Source: Akkermansiaceae bacterium
GTDB lineage: Bacteria > Verrucomicrobiota > Verrucomicrobiia > Verrucomicrobiales > Akkermansiaceae
DNA: 39,701 nt
Direction: 5' to 3'
Assembly (NCBI GenBank): GCA_043763755.1
Contig: JAYULG010000307.1
Coordinates: forward strand, 1-39,701
The stretch's first letter is position 1. The number at the start of each line of letters is the position of its first letter. Made by a program: the position numbers and the translations under genes. Below are positions 25,721 to 35,152 of the stretch, piece by piece. The notes below the pieces were generated by a model that saw only the letters and a program-made list of their open reading frames with translations, ran no database searches and was not told where the DNA came from.

Positions 25721-26665
25721 TCAATCTTGTGCTTCACATATTTTGAAAAAATCTTTCGCTTCCTGCATATCCCGTTGAATCTGAATCTTTAGTGCATCTA
25801 ATGAGGGGAATTTGATTTCTGGTCTCACGTATCTATCGAATCGAATTTCCAAGGATTGGCCGTAGAGATCTTCCACAAAATGGATGAGATGAATTTCGAC
25901 CGAGTGAGATTTACCATCCACGCTTGGGCGCATTCCGAGGTTGGCAATGCTGGGGACCGAGCGCCCATCTGCGAGAATGGTGGTGACGATCCAAACTCCG
26001 TCGGGAGGCAATTGAGTATCGGGCGTGGAAAGATTTGCGGTGGGAAAACCGAGGGTGCGGCCGATTTTTTTACCCTCAATGACGATTCCAGATAGCGAAT
26101 ACGGCCGCCCCAGCATGCTGTGGGCTGCGCTCAAGTTTCCATCGCGGATGGCCTGCCGGATGCGAGTGCTACTAATGCGATCACCATCAAACATCACGGG
26201 AGGCACCGCCTCGAGGTGATAGCCGCCATATTGCGCTTCACGGCGCAGAAGAGCCACATCCCCTGAGCGCCCCTTGCCAAAGCGCCAATCTTCCCCCACC
26301 GCGAGCGTCCGGACGGCAGCGCTGGTGAGTTTTGCGACGAACTCAGAAGCATCCATCGCCGCGAAGGTGACATCGAAATGCAGCGGTATGAAAAGGTCGA
26401 CACCCTGTGCACAGACGATTTCTGCCTTGTGCGCAAGGGTAGCAAGCAGGGATTTCGGTGCCTTTTCCGGGGCAATCACGCGGATCGGGTGAGGATCAAA
26501 AGTCAGCACGCCAGCTAGCCCACCGTGTTTTTGAGCGGCTTGGACGGCGCGCTGGATCACTTCTTGGTGGCCGATGTGGACGCCATCAAACACGCCTAGC
26601 GCGAGATGCAATGGCCCGGCCACGGCGGCAAGTTCTTCAAAATTCCGGCAAATCAACACGCCCAA
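25721..26665 (-). CDS. ribF: bifunctional riboflavin kinase/FAD synthetase
   Basis: GVFDGVHIGHQ, TFDPHP, ISSTRIR, GRTLGFPTAN, NLGMRPS. Confidence 0.95.
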   Translation of the reverse strand: MGVLICRNFEELAAVAGPLHLALGVFDGVHIGHQEVIQRAVQAAQKHGGLAGVLTFDPHPIRVIAPEKAPKSLLATLAHKAEIVCAQGVDLFIPLHFDVTFAAMDASEFVAKLTSAAVRTLAVGEDWRFGKGRSGDVALLRREAQYGGYHLEAVPPVMFDGDRISSTRIRQAIRDGNLSAAHSMLGRPYSLSGIVIEGKKIGRTLGFPTANLSTPDTQLPPDGVWIVTTILADGRSVPSIANLGMRPSVDGKSHSVEIHLIHFVEDLYGQSLEIRFDRYVRPEIKFPSLDALKIQIQRDMQEAKDFFKICEAQD

Positions 26666-26690
26666 GATCTAACCAGCGGAAACGATGAAT

Positions 26691-26825
26691 TCAAGCCTTG
26701 GGAGTTCTATCGCAGCCGCAATTGTGGCCGCAGCTTGATTTTTTCTTGGGCCGCGAAAGGGAGACGAGGAAGGCCGTGAGAGTGATGATGACGATCCCTG
26801 CTGCGGTGTAAGTTTGCCAGTCCAT
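26691..26825 (-). CDS. FeoB-associated Cys-rich small membrane protein
   Basis: MDWQTYTAAGIVIITL TM segment plus SCGHNCGC directly after feoB. Confidence 0.8.
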   Translation of the reverse strand: MDWQTYTAAGIVIITLTAFLVSLSRPKKKSSCGHNCGCDRTPKA

Positions 26826-26832
26826 GATGGTG

Positions 26833-28725
26833 TTAGAATCCGGTGAGAGTGCCGATTTGAAATACCAATAAGGAAGCACAGTAAGCGAAGATTGTCATGA
26901 AGAGAAACTGGCCGACCGCCCATTTCCATGAGCCTGACTCTCGTGCGACCACGGCACTGGTGGGTAGGCACTGCAGTGCGTAAATGAAAAATACGAGTAG
27001 TGAGATGAGCGAGAGTGGCGTGAAGATCGGCCTGCCATCTGGCCACTTGGCTGATGCGAGTTGGTCTCTCAAAAGGCTGCGGGTTTGTTCCTCATCATCC
27101 GCATCTTTCACCCGGTAGAGAATGCCCATGGAGGTATTAAAAACCTCGCGGGCGGCGAACGAAGTGAGAATGGCAGTGCCCATCCGCCCATCGAAGCCGA
27201 GGGGCTTGACGATTGGCTCGATTACCGCGCCGATGCGGCCCATGGCACTGTGTGCGAGTGCATCTGCTGAGTCATCGCCCTGAACTTTCGGGTAGGTGCT
27301 GAGTGCCCAAAGAAGAATGGATAGCCCTAAAATCACAGTGCCTGCCTTTTTCACGAAGGCCAAAGCCCGCTCAATGACGTGGCGCAGGATGTAGTCCCAC
27401 TGCGGCCGCCGGTAGGGTGGTAATTCCAGCAGGAAATGCCCGGGGCTAATGTCTTCACCCAGCCGCCCACGTAGCAGGCGGGCGACGACGAAGGCCGTGA
27501 GAGTGCCAAATAGGTAGATGCCAAACAGCACCATGGCCTGCTTCCATGTGCCTTCTTTTTCATGAAGTAGCAGGGGAATGAGCAGAAAATAAACAGGTAG
27601 CCGCGCAGAGCAGCTCATCCAGGGCGCGATGAAAATGGTTACCAATCTCTCCTTGGCGGAATGAATCGTGCGAGTGGCCATCACACCAGGTATAGCGCAG
27701 GCAAATGAGCTGAAAAGTGGCAGGAATGATTTGCCGCTGAGGCCCGCTTTTGCCATCACACCATCCATCAAATACGCTGCGCGGGCCATATAACCTGAGC
27801 TTTCCAGCAGCCCGATAAACAGAAAAAGCAGGACGATCTGCGGTAGAAACATAATCACACCCCCCACTCCGCCGAGGATGCCGTCTATCAAGAGTGACCT
27901 CAAATCGCCATCGGCCATGCGGGCTTGGATGAAATCGCCAAGCTGCCCTTGCAGGCCCTCGATCCAGCCCATCGGCGTTTGGGCAAATGAGAAGATGGAC
28001 CAAAAAACAGAGAAGAAAATCAGCGCCATGCAAAACCAACCGTAAACCGGGTGCAGCAAGACTGAATCGACCCGATCTGAGGAAGTCTGCTGGTGTGCAT
28101 CTGGCCTGCGGGCAGCTAATTCGCAAAGGCGAGTGATGAATTTCCTGCGCTCAGCTTCGGGCTCGGAATGATGAGAAATCCAGACTGGCTCACTGATTGC
28201 CGGATGTGGCAGGCGCATCGCTTGTTTCAGCTCGACGATGCCTCTGCGGGCACTGGCTTGCATGGGCACGACGGGGATGCCGAGTTCCTCAGAGATTTTT
28301 ACCGGATCAAGGCGCAGGCCAGATTTCTCGGCTACATCCACCATATTGAGGGCGAGGATGCACGGGATGCCGAGTTCGACGATTTGCAGGGTGAGCTGCA
28401 AATGGCGCTCAAGGTTTGAAGCATCTACCACGCAGACGACAAGGTCGGGCTTGGATTCGCCGGGGAGCACGCCATTGAGGGCATCCAGCGCGACTTTTTC
28501 ATCAGGTGAATCCGCCCTGAGCGAGTAGCAACCGGGCAGATCTAGCACGCGTAATTTGCGGCCATGGGGGGTGAAGGTGAATCCAGATTTTACCTCTACC
28601 GTCACTCCTGAATAGTTCCCCACCTGCTGATTCGCACCGGTGAGGGCATTGAAAAGGGTGGTTTTCCCAGCGTTTGGGTTTCCGATAAGCGCGATGGTGG
28701 AGGGGCTTCCCGGAGTGGACGGCAT
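26833..28725 (-). CDS. feoB: ferrous iron transporter B
   Basis: GNPNAGKTT, GNYSGVTVE, DLPG, NMVD, LESSGYMARAA, CSARLP, AAREV. Confidence 0.96.
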   Translation of the reverse strand: MPSTPGSPSTIALIGNPNAGKTTLFNALTGANQQVGNYSGVTVEVKSGFTFTPHGRKLRVLDLPGCYSLRADSPDEKVALDALNGVLPGESKPDLVVCVVDASNLERHLQLTLQIVELGIPCILALNMVDVAEKSGLRLDPVKISEELGIPVVPMQASARRGIVELKQAMRLPHPAISEPVWISHHSEPEAERRKFITRLCELAARRPDAHQQTSSDRVDSVLLHPVYGWFCMALIFFSVFWSIFSFAQTPMGWIEGLQGQLGDFIQARMADGDLRSLLIDGILGGVGGVIMFLPQIVLLFLFIGLLESSGYMARAAYLMDGVMAKAGLSGKSFLPLFSSFACAIPGVMATRTIHSAKERLVTIFIAPWMSCSARLPVYFLLIPLLLHEKEGTWKQAMVLFGIYLFGTLTAFVVARLLRGRLGEDISPGHFLLELPPYRRPQWDYILRHVIERALAFVKKAGTVILGLSILLWALSTYPKVQGDDSADALAHSAMGRIGAVIEPIVKPLGFDGRMGTAILTSFAAREVFNTSMGILYRVKDADDEEQTRSLLRDQLASAKWPDGRPIFTPLSLISLLVFFIYALQCLPTSAVVARESGSWKWAVGQFLFMTIFAYCASLLVFQIGTLTGF

Positions 28726-28747
28726 GAGGAGCTGGGCTTGCTAAAAT

Positions 28748-28960
28748 TTACAAAACTGGCGAGACGAGCACCTGCTCTGCTAGCTCGCTGCTGATGGCCA
28801 TGCGGGTGCCACATATCGCGCAGATCATGTTCCTTCCGCTGGTAAGCTTGCGAAGCATCAGTTCTTCGCAAAATCCCAACTCGCGAAGGCGATCACAACC
28901 AGGGCCGCTTAGGACACGGATCCGCACGTCACAGCCCGCCTTGACCTGATTGAGCGTCAT
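28748..28960 (-). CDS. feoA: ferrous iron transport protein A
   Basis: RLRELGF...GTRMAIS..LAEQVLV, upstream of feoB. Confidence 0.88.
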   Translation of the reverse strand: MTLNQVKAGCDVRIRVLSGPGCDRLRELGFCEELMLRKLTSGRNMICAICGTRMAISSELAEQVLVSPVL

Positions 28961-29021
28961 GGCGCTATCGATTGTGAGATCGGCGGCGTTTGCGGAAAAC
29001 ATCTACGAGGAGAGTCGTCAA

Positions 29022-29038
29022 TTGAGAATGATTTGCAA
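29022..29038. promoter_or_regulatory. Fur-box-like operator upstream of feoA
   Basis: TTGAGAAT-G-ATTTGCAA, an 8-1-8 near-palindrome resembling TGAGAATnATTCTCA. Confidence 0.65.
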
Positions 29039-29080
29039 CAGTAAATCTTCGTTTCCAGCGGTTTATTCGCGTAGGAACCA

Positions 29081-29803
29081 CTAGCGGCCCTCTTGGATTC
29101 TTTCGGCAAGCATAGCAGGCAGACCTGCCGCTAGAATTTTATCCTGAGTCTTGGTGATCTCATACTCCACGCGGCGGAAAACGAGGAGTCGTCTCTCAGT
29201 GTCGAAAATGGCGTAGCAAGCCCGCCAATCGCCATCACGAGGTTGGCCCACCGAGCCTACGTTGATGAAGTATTTCATCCCATCTTCAATGGCGATGGAG
29301 TCGGCAAGCACCTCGGCGACGCGGTCAGTTTTCACATAAACTCGAGGGACGTGGGTGTGGCCATGGAAGCAAATTTGAGTGAATTGATAGGAAAAATTGG
29401 CCATCGCATCGAAGCGATTTGTCACATAGTTCCAGTTTGCGGGCTGGTCCAAGGTGCTGTGCACAACGGTAAAATCCGCCACTTGCCGGACCATCCGCAG
29501 CCGAGTGAGCCATCTTCTTTGCTCTTCGTTGAGTTGCTTGCGCGTCCATTCTAGCGCCTGGGCGGCCACTGGATTCATTGTTTCGAGCGAGTGATTTCCC
29601 GCTGCATCATTGTCGTGATTCCCCTTCACCGTCGGGCAATCCATTGACTTGATGATCTCAAGACAAGCGGCTGGATCTGCGTTGTAGCCGACGATGTCTC
29701 CCATGCAGACAAAATCGGTAACGCTTTGCAAAGAAGCATCTTCGAGGACGGCCTCGAGGGCTTCTAAATTGGCGTGAATATCACCGAGGAGAGCAATCCG
29801 CAT
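29081..29803 (-). CDS. metallophosphoesterase (calcineurin-like)
   Basis: GDIHAN, GDIVGY, GNHD, GHTH, NVGSVGQPRDGD. Confidence 0.93.
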   Translation of the reverse strand: MRIALLGDIHANLEALEAVLEDASLQSVTDFVCMGDIVGYNADPAACLEIIKSMDCPTVKGNHDNDAAGNHSLETMNPVAAQALEWTRKQLNEEQRRWLTRLRMVRQVADFTVVHSTLDQPANWNYVTNRFDAMANFSYQFTQICFHGHTHVPRVYVKTDRVAEVLADSIAIEDGMKYFINVGSVGQPRDGDWRACYAIFDTERRLLVFRRVEYEITKTQDKILAAGLPAMLAERIQEGR

Positions 29804-29873
29804 GAAACGAGTGAAGACTAGTGGCGAGGGTTTTCATCGTTGGTAGGGCATCTGTCGAGGCGAAACGCTGAGC

Positions 29874-30851
29874 TCATTTGCTGAACCAATCATCGGTCAC
29901 AGTGGGCGATTGCAGGGCTTGCTTGAAAATGCTGTTTTTGGGATCGATCTTGAGATTTTTTTCTAACGCTTGGAGGGCAGCGGCTACGCCAAAAACCGGA
30001 TATCGCTCGCGAGTGCGCTGCCAGTGGCTGCAAAGCGCATCATAGGCGGCCTCGGGCGTGCCGAAGATCTCAATCGCCCGTTTTTCCTTCTCCATTGCGG
30101 GGTTTTCGTGGGCTTCCAGCACGAATAAGAGAGTCTTCAGTGTGGGTGTGCGGTTTTTACGGATCTTGTAAAGTGAGCGAGCGAGTGTGAGTGCTTCCAG
30201 CTCGCGCCCTTTGACACGTGCAAGGCTGTAAAGTTGCGCCCGCTGGATGAATTCGAGAGCATTACCAGTTTTCACCGCTTTTCCATAGGCATCGGCGGCG
30301 GCTGCGAAGGTGGTGTCTGGATCGCCGAAGGCCGGGAACTTATTCGAGTCAGACAGCATGAAACCGAGGTAGGCGAGCAAGTTCCAGTTGTCCAGGTTAT
30401 TGCGAATACCACGCTCGAGAAATGCGCGCCCGCGGACGATCGAGGCGCGCCACGCCTCCCGGCGGCGGAGCGGCGAGAGCTTTGTCTCGTTCAGATAAAA
30501 TGAAGCCGCGTTGTAGGCAGAATGCCAAGCCCCAGTCTCCCAGTAATAGCGGGTGCGTGGAGCGAGATCCACGATAGTGCGGTAGGTTTCTGCCACATCG
30601 TCCCAGCGTTGTTCTTGGAAAAACGCAAACGCGCGCAAATTAAAAAAGGTGGCTACCAAGGTGCGCAAGCCTCCGAGCACCACGGCAGAGCTGGTTTGAT
30701 CAATCTTATCCCGCGTATCGATTTCCAGCGGCATGGGAGCTAGCCCGGCGCCGCGTAATTCGCTACTGAGCTTGGCTTCAAATGGCATCCTTACCGCGCC
30801 CATCGCCAGCACAGCCAACGTAAGCACACCGATTTTTAATGGCGGTTTCAC
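29874..30851 (-). CDS. membrane-anchored helical/TPR-like hypothetical protein
   Basis: N-terminal TM segment, LGGLR, AWHSAYN, FLERGIRNN; co-oriented with the ABC genes. Confidence 0.75.
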   Translation of the reverse strand: MKPPLKIGVLTLAVLAMGAVRMPFEAKLSSELRGAGLAPMPLEIDTRDKIDQTSSAVVLGGLRTLVATFFNLRAFAFFQEQRWDDVAETYRTIVDLAPRTRYYWETGAWHSAYNAASFYLNETKLSPLRRREAWRASIVRGRAFLERGIRNNLDNWNLLAYLGFMLSDSNKFPAFGDPDTTFAAAADAYGKAVKTGNALEFIQRAQLYSLARVKGRELEALTLARSLYKIRKNRTPTLKTLLFVLEAHENPAMEKEKRAIEIFGTPEAAYDALCSHWQRTRERYPVFGVAAALQALEKNLKIDPKNSIFKQALQSPTVTDDWFSK

Positions 30852-30855
30852 GTTG

Positions 30856-31776
30856 TTAGAATTCCTTTTCCGAGAAAATAAACCACGAGGCTAGCGTGAA
30901 AAAAACCGCATAAAACAGCCCGATCAACGTCAGTTTTCCTAACATCATCAATGGCAGTGCTTGGCCCTCGATGACGGCATCGATGACATTGAAGAGTTGG
31001 AAATCCGGCAGCACCAATGATATCAATAACGAGATCAAGCGGGTGACGACTCCCTCGCCCGCAGCCCCAGCTTGGAGGTAGGCATCACGCGCATCCGCTT
31101 GGAAGTGGCCGATGAAATAGATCAAGAAACTCACAATCGTGGTGAACAAGGTGCTTGATGAAAATGTGGAAATTAGCAAAGCCAGCGAGGCCATGATAGA
31201 CGCACGCAGAAAGACTGCGAATACCGCACCCTGCAACGACCAATTCGGCCCGTGCTGAAGTGTCTCAGCCTTCATTGCTGCGATGGCATCCGGCGGCCAA
31301 CCGAGGGTTTTTGCCATCTGCATTTGATCTTCCATCACCATGCCAGTGCGGATGTGCAGCACGGCCGTCATCAATAAATCCATCAACGCTAGTGACACAA
31401 AAACGAGCATCAGCACCCCTAACAATTTCCCTGCTAGGTAATCAAACCGTGGCACAGGTTTTGCCAAAATCGTGTAGAGTGTGCGATCCTCCACGTCCTT
31501 GGGAAGGAGCAGTGCGGTCGCCACGATGGCAAGCACCACGGAGAACAACGTCATCGTCCCTAGCGACCAACTTTTGATCGAGCGAAGTACGTTTAGGCCC
31601 ATCGATTCCGGTCCCTCGTGTTGTGGTAGATCGAAGAAATTACTCGCGATCATGATGATGCCGAAGATCACCAAAAAGTAGAACACCTTCATCCTCACCA
31701 ATTGGGTGAAGGCATGCAGCGCGATCACGGAAATGCGGCTCAAGTGCGATGTGAAAGAATAGATCATCTGGCTCAC
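30856..31776 (-). CDS. ABC-2 type permease
   Basis: DVEDRTLYTILAKPVPR..YLAGKLLG, six hydrophobic segments. Confidence 0.88.
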   Translation of the reverse strand: MSQMIYSFTSHLSRISVIALHAFTQLVRMKVFYFLVIFGIIMIASNFFDLPQHEGPESMGLNVLRSIKSWSLGTMTLFSVVLAIVATALLLPKDVEDRTLYTILAKPVPRFDYLAGKLLGVLMLVFVSLALMDLLMTAVLHIRTGMVMEDQMQMAKTLGWPPDAIAAMKAETLQHGPNWSLQGAVFAVFLRASIMASLALLISTFSSSTLFTTIVSFLIYFIGHFQADARDAYLQAGAAGEGVVTRLISLLISLVLPDFQLFNVIDAVIEGQALPLMMLGKLTLIGLFYAVFFTLASWFIFSEKEF

Positions 31777-32636
31777 GGTTTGTCTTCCCTCACTGTTTCT
31801 CTTAAAAATAAACGCTCCAGTGTCGTGCGCGGTTTCCCTACCCGCACCACCGTTGCTCCGGCAGAATTTGCCACTATCTCGCTGATGCGAGAGACCAATT
31901 CAGGACTCGCATCTTTTATAATAATTTCGGTTTGATCCTCGATCGCGATGAGATCCTCCAAGCGGCCCTCTTTCACCATTTTTCCTTGGAAAATGATTCC
32001 TACATGATCGCATACCTCTTGCACTTGCTCTAGTAGATGGGAGCACAGGAAAACGGTCATACCTCGCTCACGCAGCTTCAGGATGAGATCACGGATTTGG
32101 CGCGAGCCCACTGGATCCACGCCAGCGGTAGGCTCATCTAGAATCACTAATTTGGGATCTTGGACGAGTGCCTGTGCGAGGCCGATGCGCTGCAACATCC
32201 CTTTCGAGTAGCCGCCTATTCTACGATCCCGCGCTCCTTGGAGATCGACTAATTCTAATAACTCACTCACTCGCTCCTCCAGCGGGCGTCCTTTCAAGCC
32301 GCAAAGTTTGCCGTAAAAGCGCAAAGTTTCTGCGCCGCTCAAGTGCTTGTAAAAATAAGGGTTCTCAGGCAAAAATCCCACGTCATTGCGTGAATCGACC
32401 CGCAGCGAATCTTTACCAAAGATCGCACAATGCCCGGAAGTGGGCGCTACCAGCCCGAGCAGTGCCTTCATCGTGGTGGATTTGCCAGAACCATTCGGCC
32501 CGATGAGGCCATAGACCTCGCCCGGCATGATGCGGATGGAAACATCATCCACTGCCCGCAGCAATTGCCGGCGGAAGGACGTTTTAAAGTCTTTCACCAA
32601 GTTTTTGATCTCTACGGCGGGTTTCAATTCATCCAT
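31773..32636 (-). CDS. ABC transporter ATP-binding protein
   Basis: GPNGSGKST, YSKGMLQR, ILDEPT, SH. Confidence 0.94.
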   Translation of the reverse strand: MDELKPAVEIKNLVKDFKTSFRRQLLRAVDDVSIRIMPGEVYGLIGPNGSGKSTTMKALLGLVAPTSGHCAIFGKDSLRVDSRNDVGFLPENPYFYKHLSGAETLRFYGKLCGLKGRPLEERVSELLELVDLQGARDRRIGGYSKGMLQRIGLAQALVQDPKLVILDEPTAGVDPVGSRQIRDLILKLRERGMTVFLCSHLLEQVQEVCDHVGIIFQGKMVKEGRLEDLIAIEDQTEIIIKDASPELVSRISEIVANSAGATVVRVGKPRTTLERLFLRETVREDKP

Positions 32637-32738
32637 CAGTGGGGTTAGTATAGGAATGAGGACGCAGGAAAGGCAAAGGGCATTTTGTATTTTCTGGAGC
32701 GGGTTTCTGATCAACTTAAAAGCCTTGCCGGGTTTGCA

Positions 32739-33839
32739 GTGGTGGCCAAGCTCACAGCGATCTTGGCAGCGATTCGAAATACTCAACTAGACGGTTGGCG
32801 GGCATTCGCAGTGCTGGGTGTGATCTGGCTGCACTGGGCACCCAAAGAGTGGCGAGGGCCGTTTCCTTTTGAAATTGGCTTATTCTTTTTTCTCACTCTC
32901 ACAGGATTTCTCATCACGCGCATCCTGCTGCGCGAGAAAAAATTGTGTGAGAATCTGGAATGCGAGGGTGCCTCCCGAGGCTGGCGAGGAAAAGCCTATA
33001 TCGCATTTCAGAAGCGGCGCATGTTGCGCATTCTATTGCCGTGTTATGTGGCTATGATTTTTGCGATCATGGTCGGTGCGCCAGATATAAGTGCACATCC
33101 ATGGATATACGCAGGGCATCTTTCAAATTTCCACATGGCATACATGGAGCGGTGGCCCTCCGGCACGGCACATTATTGGACTCTGGCACTGCAGATACAG
33201 TTCTACTTATTCTGGCCTATCTTGGTATTTTGGGTGCCACAGAAAAGTTTAGTATATGTTTTCGGCGCGATTGTAGCACTGGCACCGCTGGGGCGCATGA
33301 TGATGGAAAATTATTCTCCACAAATCTATCATAGTGAAGCGCTGCCATTTGTATCTTGTGATTACTTTGCAGTGGGGGCCATCTTGGCTCTTGCCATGGA
33401 GAGAGGCATGGCGGCGGGAAATTTCCGCTTAAAGTGGCTGGCACTCGCTGCTCTTGGCGGCTATACGATTCTCTATGTTTTCAACGAGCGGGGTCAAAAA
33501 ATTAGTGGGCTATGTTTTATCCAACAAACACTAGTCGCCATCGCATTCGCAGGATTGATCTCTGCAACGCTGGCGGGTTTTAGCGGAATCCTTGGTCGGG
33601 TGTTAGATCATCCCTTTGTGCAAGAGATCGGGCGGCTGAGTTTCGGACTATATCTTTTCCACACTCTAGTACCTTTGTTTCTCGGCTGGATCATGCCTTT
33701 TCTATGGCATCCATTTTTCAGCGGGCCGTGGGTGATCCTGCGCTTGATTGCTTTTGCGCTCACTTCTTGGGGTTTTGCGATTCTTTGTTTGAAGTATCTT
33801 GAGGGCAGATCACAGTTGCCAAAGCAGCAGAAAATTTAG
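32739..33839 (+). CDS. acyltransferase 3 family membrane protein
   Basis: LDGWRAFAVLGV..H, FFLTLTGFLIT, RRMLRI, HYWTLALQIQFY, SFGLYLFH; start approximate. Confidence 0.87.
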   Translation: MVAKLTAILAAIRNTQLDGWRAFAVLGVIWLHWAPKEWRGPFPFEIGLFFFLTLTGFLITRILLREKKLCENLECEGASRGWRGKAYIAFQKRRMLRILLPCYVAMIFAIMVGAPDISAHPWIYAGHLSNFHMAYMERWPSGTAHYWTLALQIQFYLFWPILVFWVPQKSLVYVFGAIVALAPLGRMMMENYSPQIYHSEALPFVSCDYFAVGAILALAMERGMAAGNFRLKWLALAALGGYTILYVFNERGQKISGLCFIQQTLVAIAFAGLISATLAGFSGILGRVLDHPFVQEIGRLSFGLYLFHTLVPLFLGWIMPFLWHPFFSGPWVILRLIAFALTSWGFAILCLKYLEGRSQLPKQQKI

Positions 33840-33874
33840 GCCAAAGATGGCATTCTAGCCGCTCATTTCTATCT

Positions 33875-34714
33875 ATGAAACTCAGCTCATATCAATATGG
33901 TAAACAGAAGGTAAGAGTGATGAAAATCATCCGTGATGGGTCTTTTCATACCGCCAAGGAACTAACTGTAGATGTGGCGCTGCAAGGGGATTTTAAAAGC
34001 TCCTACACGGCTGGTGATAATAGTATGATCGTCGCCACGGACACGATCAAGAATACGGTGCAGGCTCTGGCGAAGGATCATCTTGGCCATGAAACGGAGC
34101 GCTTCCTTATCTTTCTCGCAGAGCATTTTATCTCGAAGTATCCGCAGATCCACACGGCATCCGTCAGCGCCAGTGAGCGGGTGTGGGGGCGACTCGATAT
34201 TGCTGGTGTGCCGCATCCACACGCATTTTCCGCGAGTGAACGTGCCGAACCATTTGCCACTGCCATCGCGACGCGTGAGGGGACAAAAGTAAGCTCGGGA
34301 ATCGGAAGTCTGCTATTGATGAAATCCACGGGATCGAGCTTTGCGGATTTTCCCTGTTGCGAGTTCACCACGCTGCCAGAGACGCACGATCGGATTCTGG
34401 CCACGTCTCTCACAGCCAGTTGGAAATGGGCGGCGGCCCCAGCAAGTTACACGCATGCGAATGCGGCGATTGTTCGGGCCATGCTCGTGCCATTTGCAAA
34501 TCATCACAGCCCAAGTGCCCAGACGACTTTGTTTGAAATGGCATCTGCAGCACTTCAGGAGTGCCCAGAGATTGGAGAAGTTCATTTGGCGATGCCCAAC
34601 AAGCATTTCCTACTGGTGCCGCTGGAGCGATTTGGGATGGAAAATGCCAGCGAGATTTTCCTACCCACGGATGAGCCACACGGCCAAATTGAGGCGAACG
34701 TGGTGAGAGATTGA
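33875..34714 (+). CDS. pucL: urate oxidase (uricase)
   Basis: YGK, ATDTIKN, KSTGSSF, RILAT, SPSAQTTL, MPNKH, P.GQIE. Confidence 0.93.
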   Translation: MKLSSYQYGKQKVRVMKIIRDGSFHTAKELTVDVALQGDFKSSYTAGDNSMIVATDTIKNTVQALAKDHLGHETERFLIFLAEHFISKYPQIHTASVSASERVWGRLDIAGVPHPHAFSASERAEPFATAIATREGTKVSSGIGSLLLMKSTGSSFADFPCCEFTTLPETHDRILATSLTASWKWAAAPASYTHANAAIVRAMLVPFANHHSPSAQTTLFEMASAALQECPEIGEVHLAMPNKHFLLVPLERFGMENASEIFLPTDEPHGQIEANVVRD

Positions 34715-34775
34715 TCGCCAAGCTGCACTAGGGACGCCTTGGTAGCTATAGGAATGATTTTGCCGGACTGATTTC

Positions 34776-34804
34776 TTGCAATGATCCAAAAAGGACGATA
34801 GCTT
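34776..34804 (+). promoter_or_regulatory. putative sigma70 promoter
   Basis: TTGCAA-N17-TAGCTT upstream of ORF 34858. Confidence 0.5.
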
Positions 34805-34857
34805 CCACCTCCCTTACATTGTGACAGAAAAATCTACAGATTGACCCATGAATTACG

Positions 34858-35085
34858 ATGATGAATGCGAAAACGAAAAACAACATTGGCCGCAATTTTG
34901 AGCGGGCATCTTCCCAGTTGCACTACGATGGAAATGATCCCACTTCGTTTCGTGACTGTTATTCCCACTACGATCTTGAGTGGATCGCTTTTGTGAGTGA
35001 ATGCCGCAAGCGCAAAGATAACGGCGGCATTGATAAGATTACTCTCGAAGTCCTACCCAACGTTTGGAATACTCCCCGGCACTGA
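34858..35085 (+). CDS. small hypothetical protein (about 75 aa)
   Basis: Fills an intergenic gap, has its own promoter-like sequence and an A-rich 5' coding region. Confidence 0.55.
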   Translation: MMNAKTKNNIGRNFERASSQLHYDGNDPTSFRDCYSHYDLEWIAFVSECRKRKDNGGIDKITLEVLPNVWNTPRH

Positions 35086-35152
35086 GCTATACTTTCCTGA
35101 GATAAGGGCAGCTCGATAGAGCTACGAAAACGCGTACCAATATTCTAACAAC

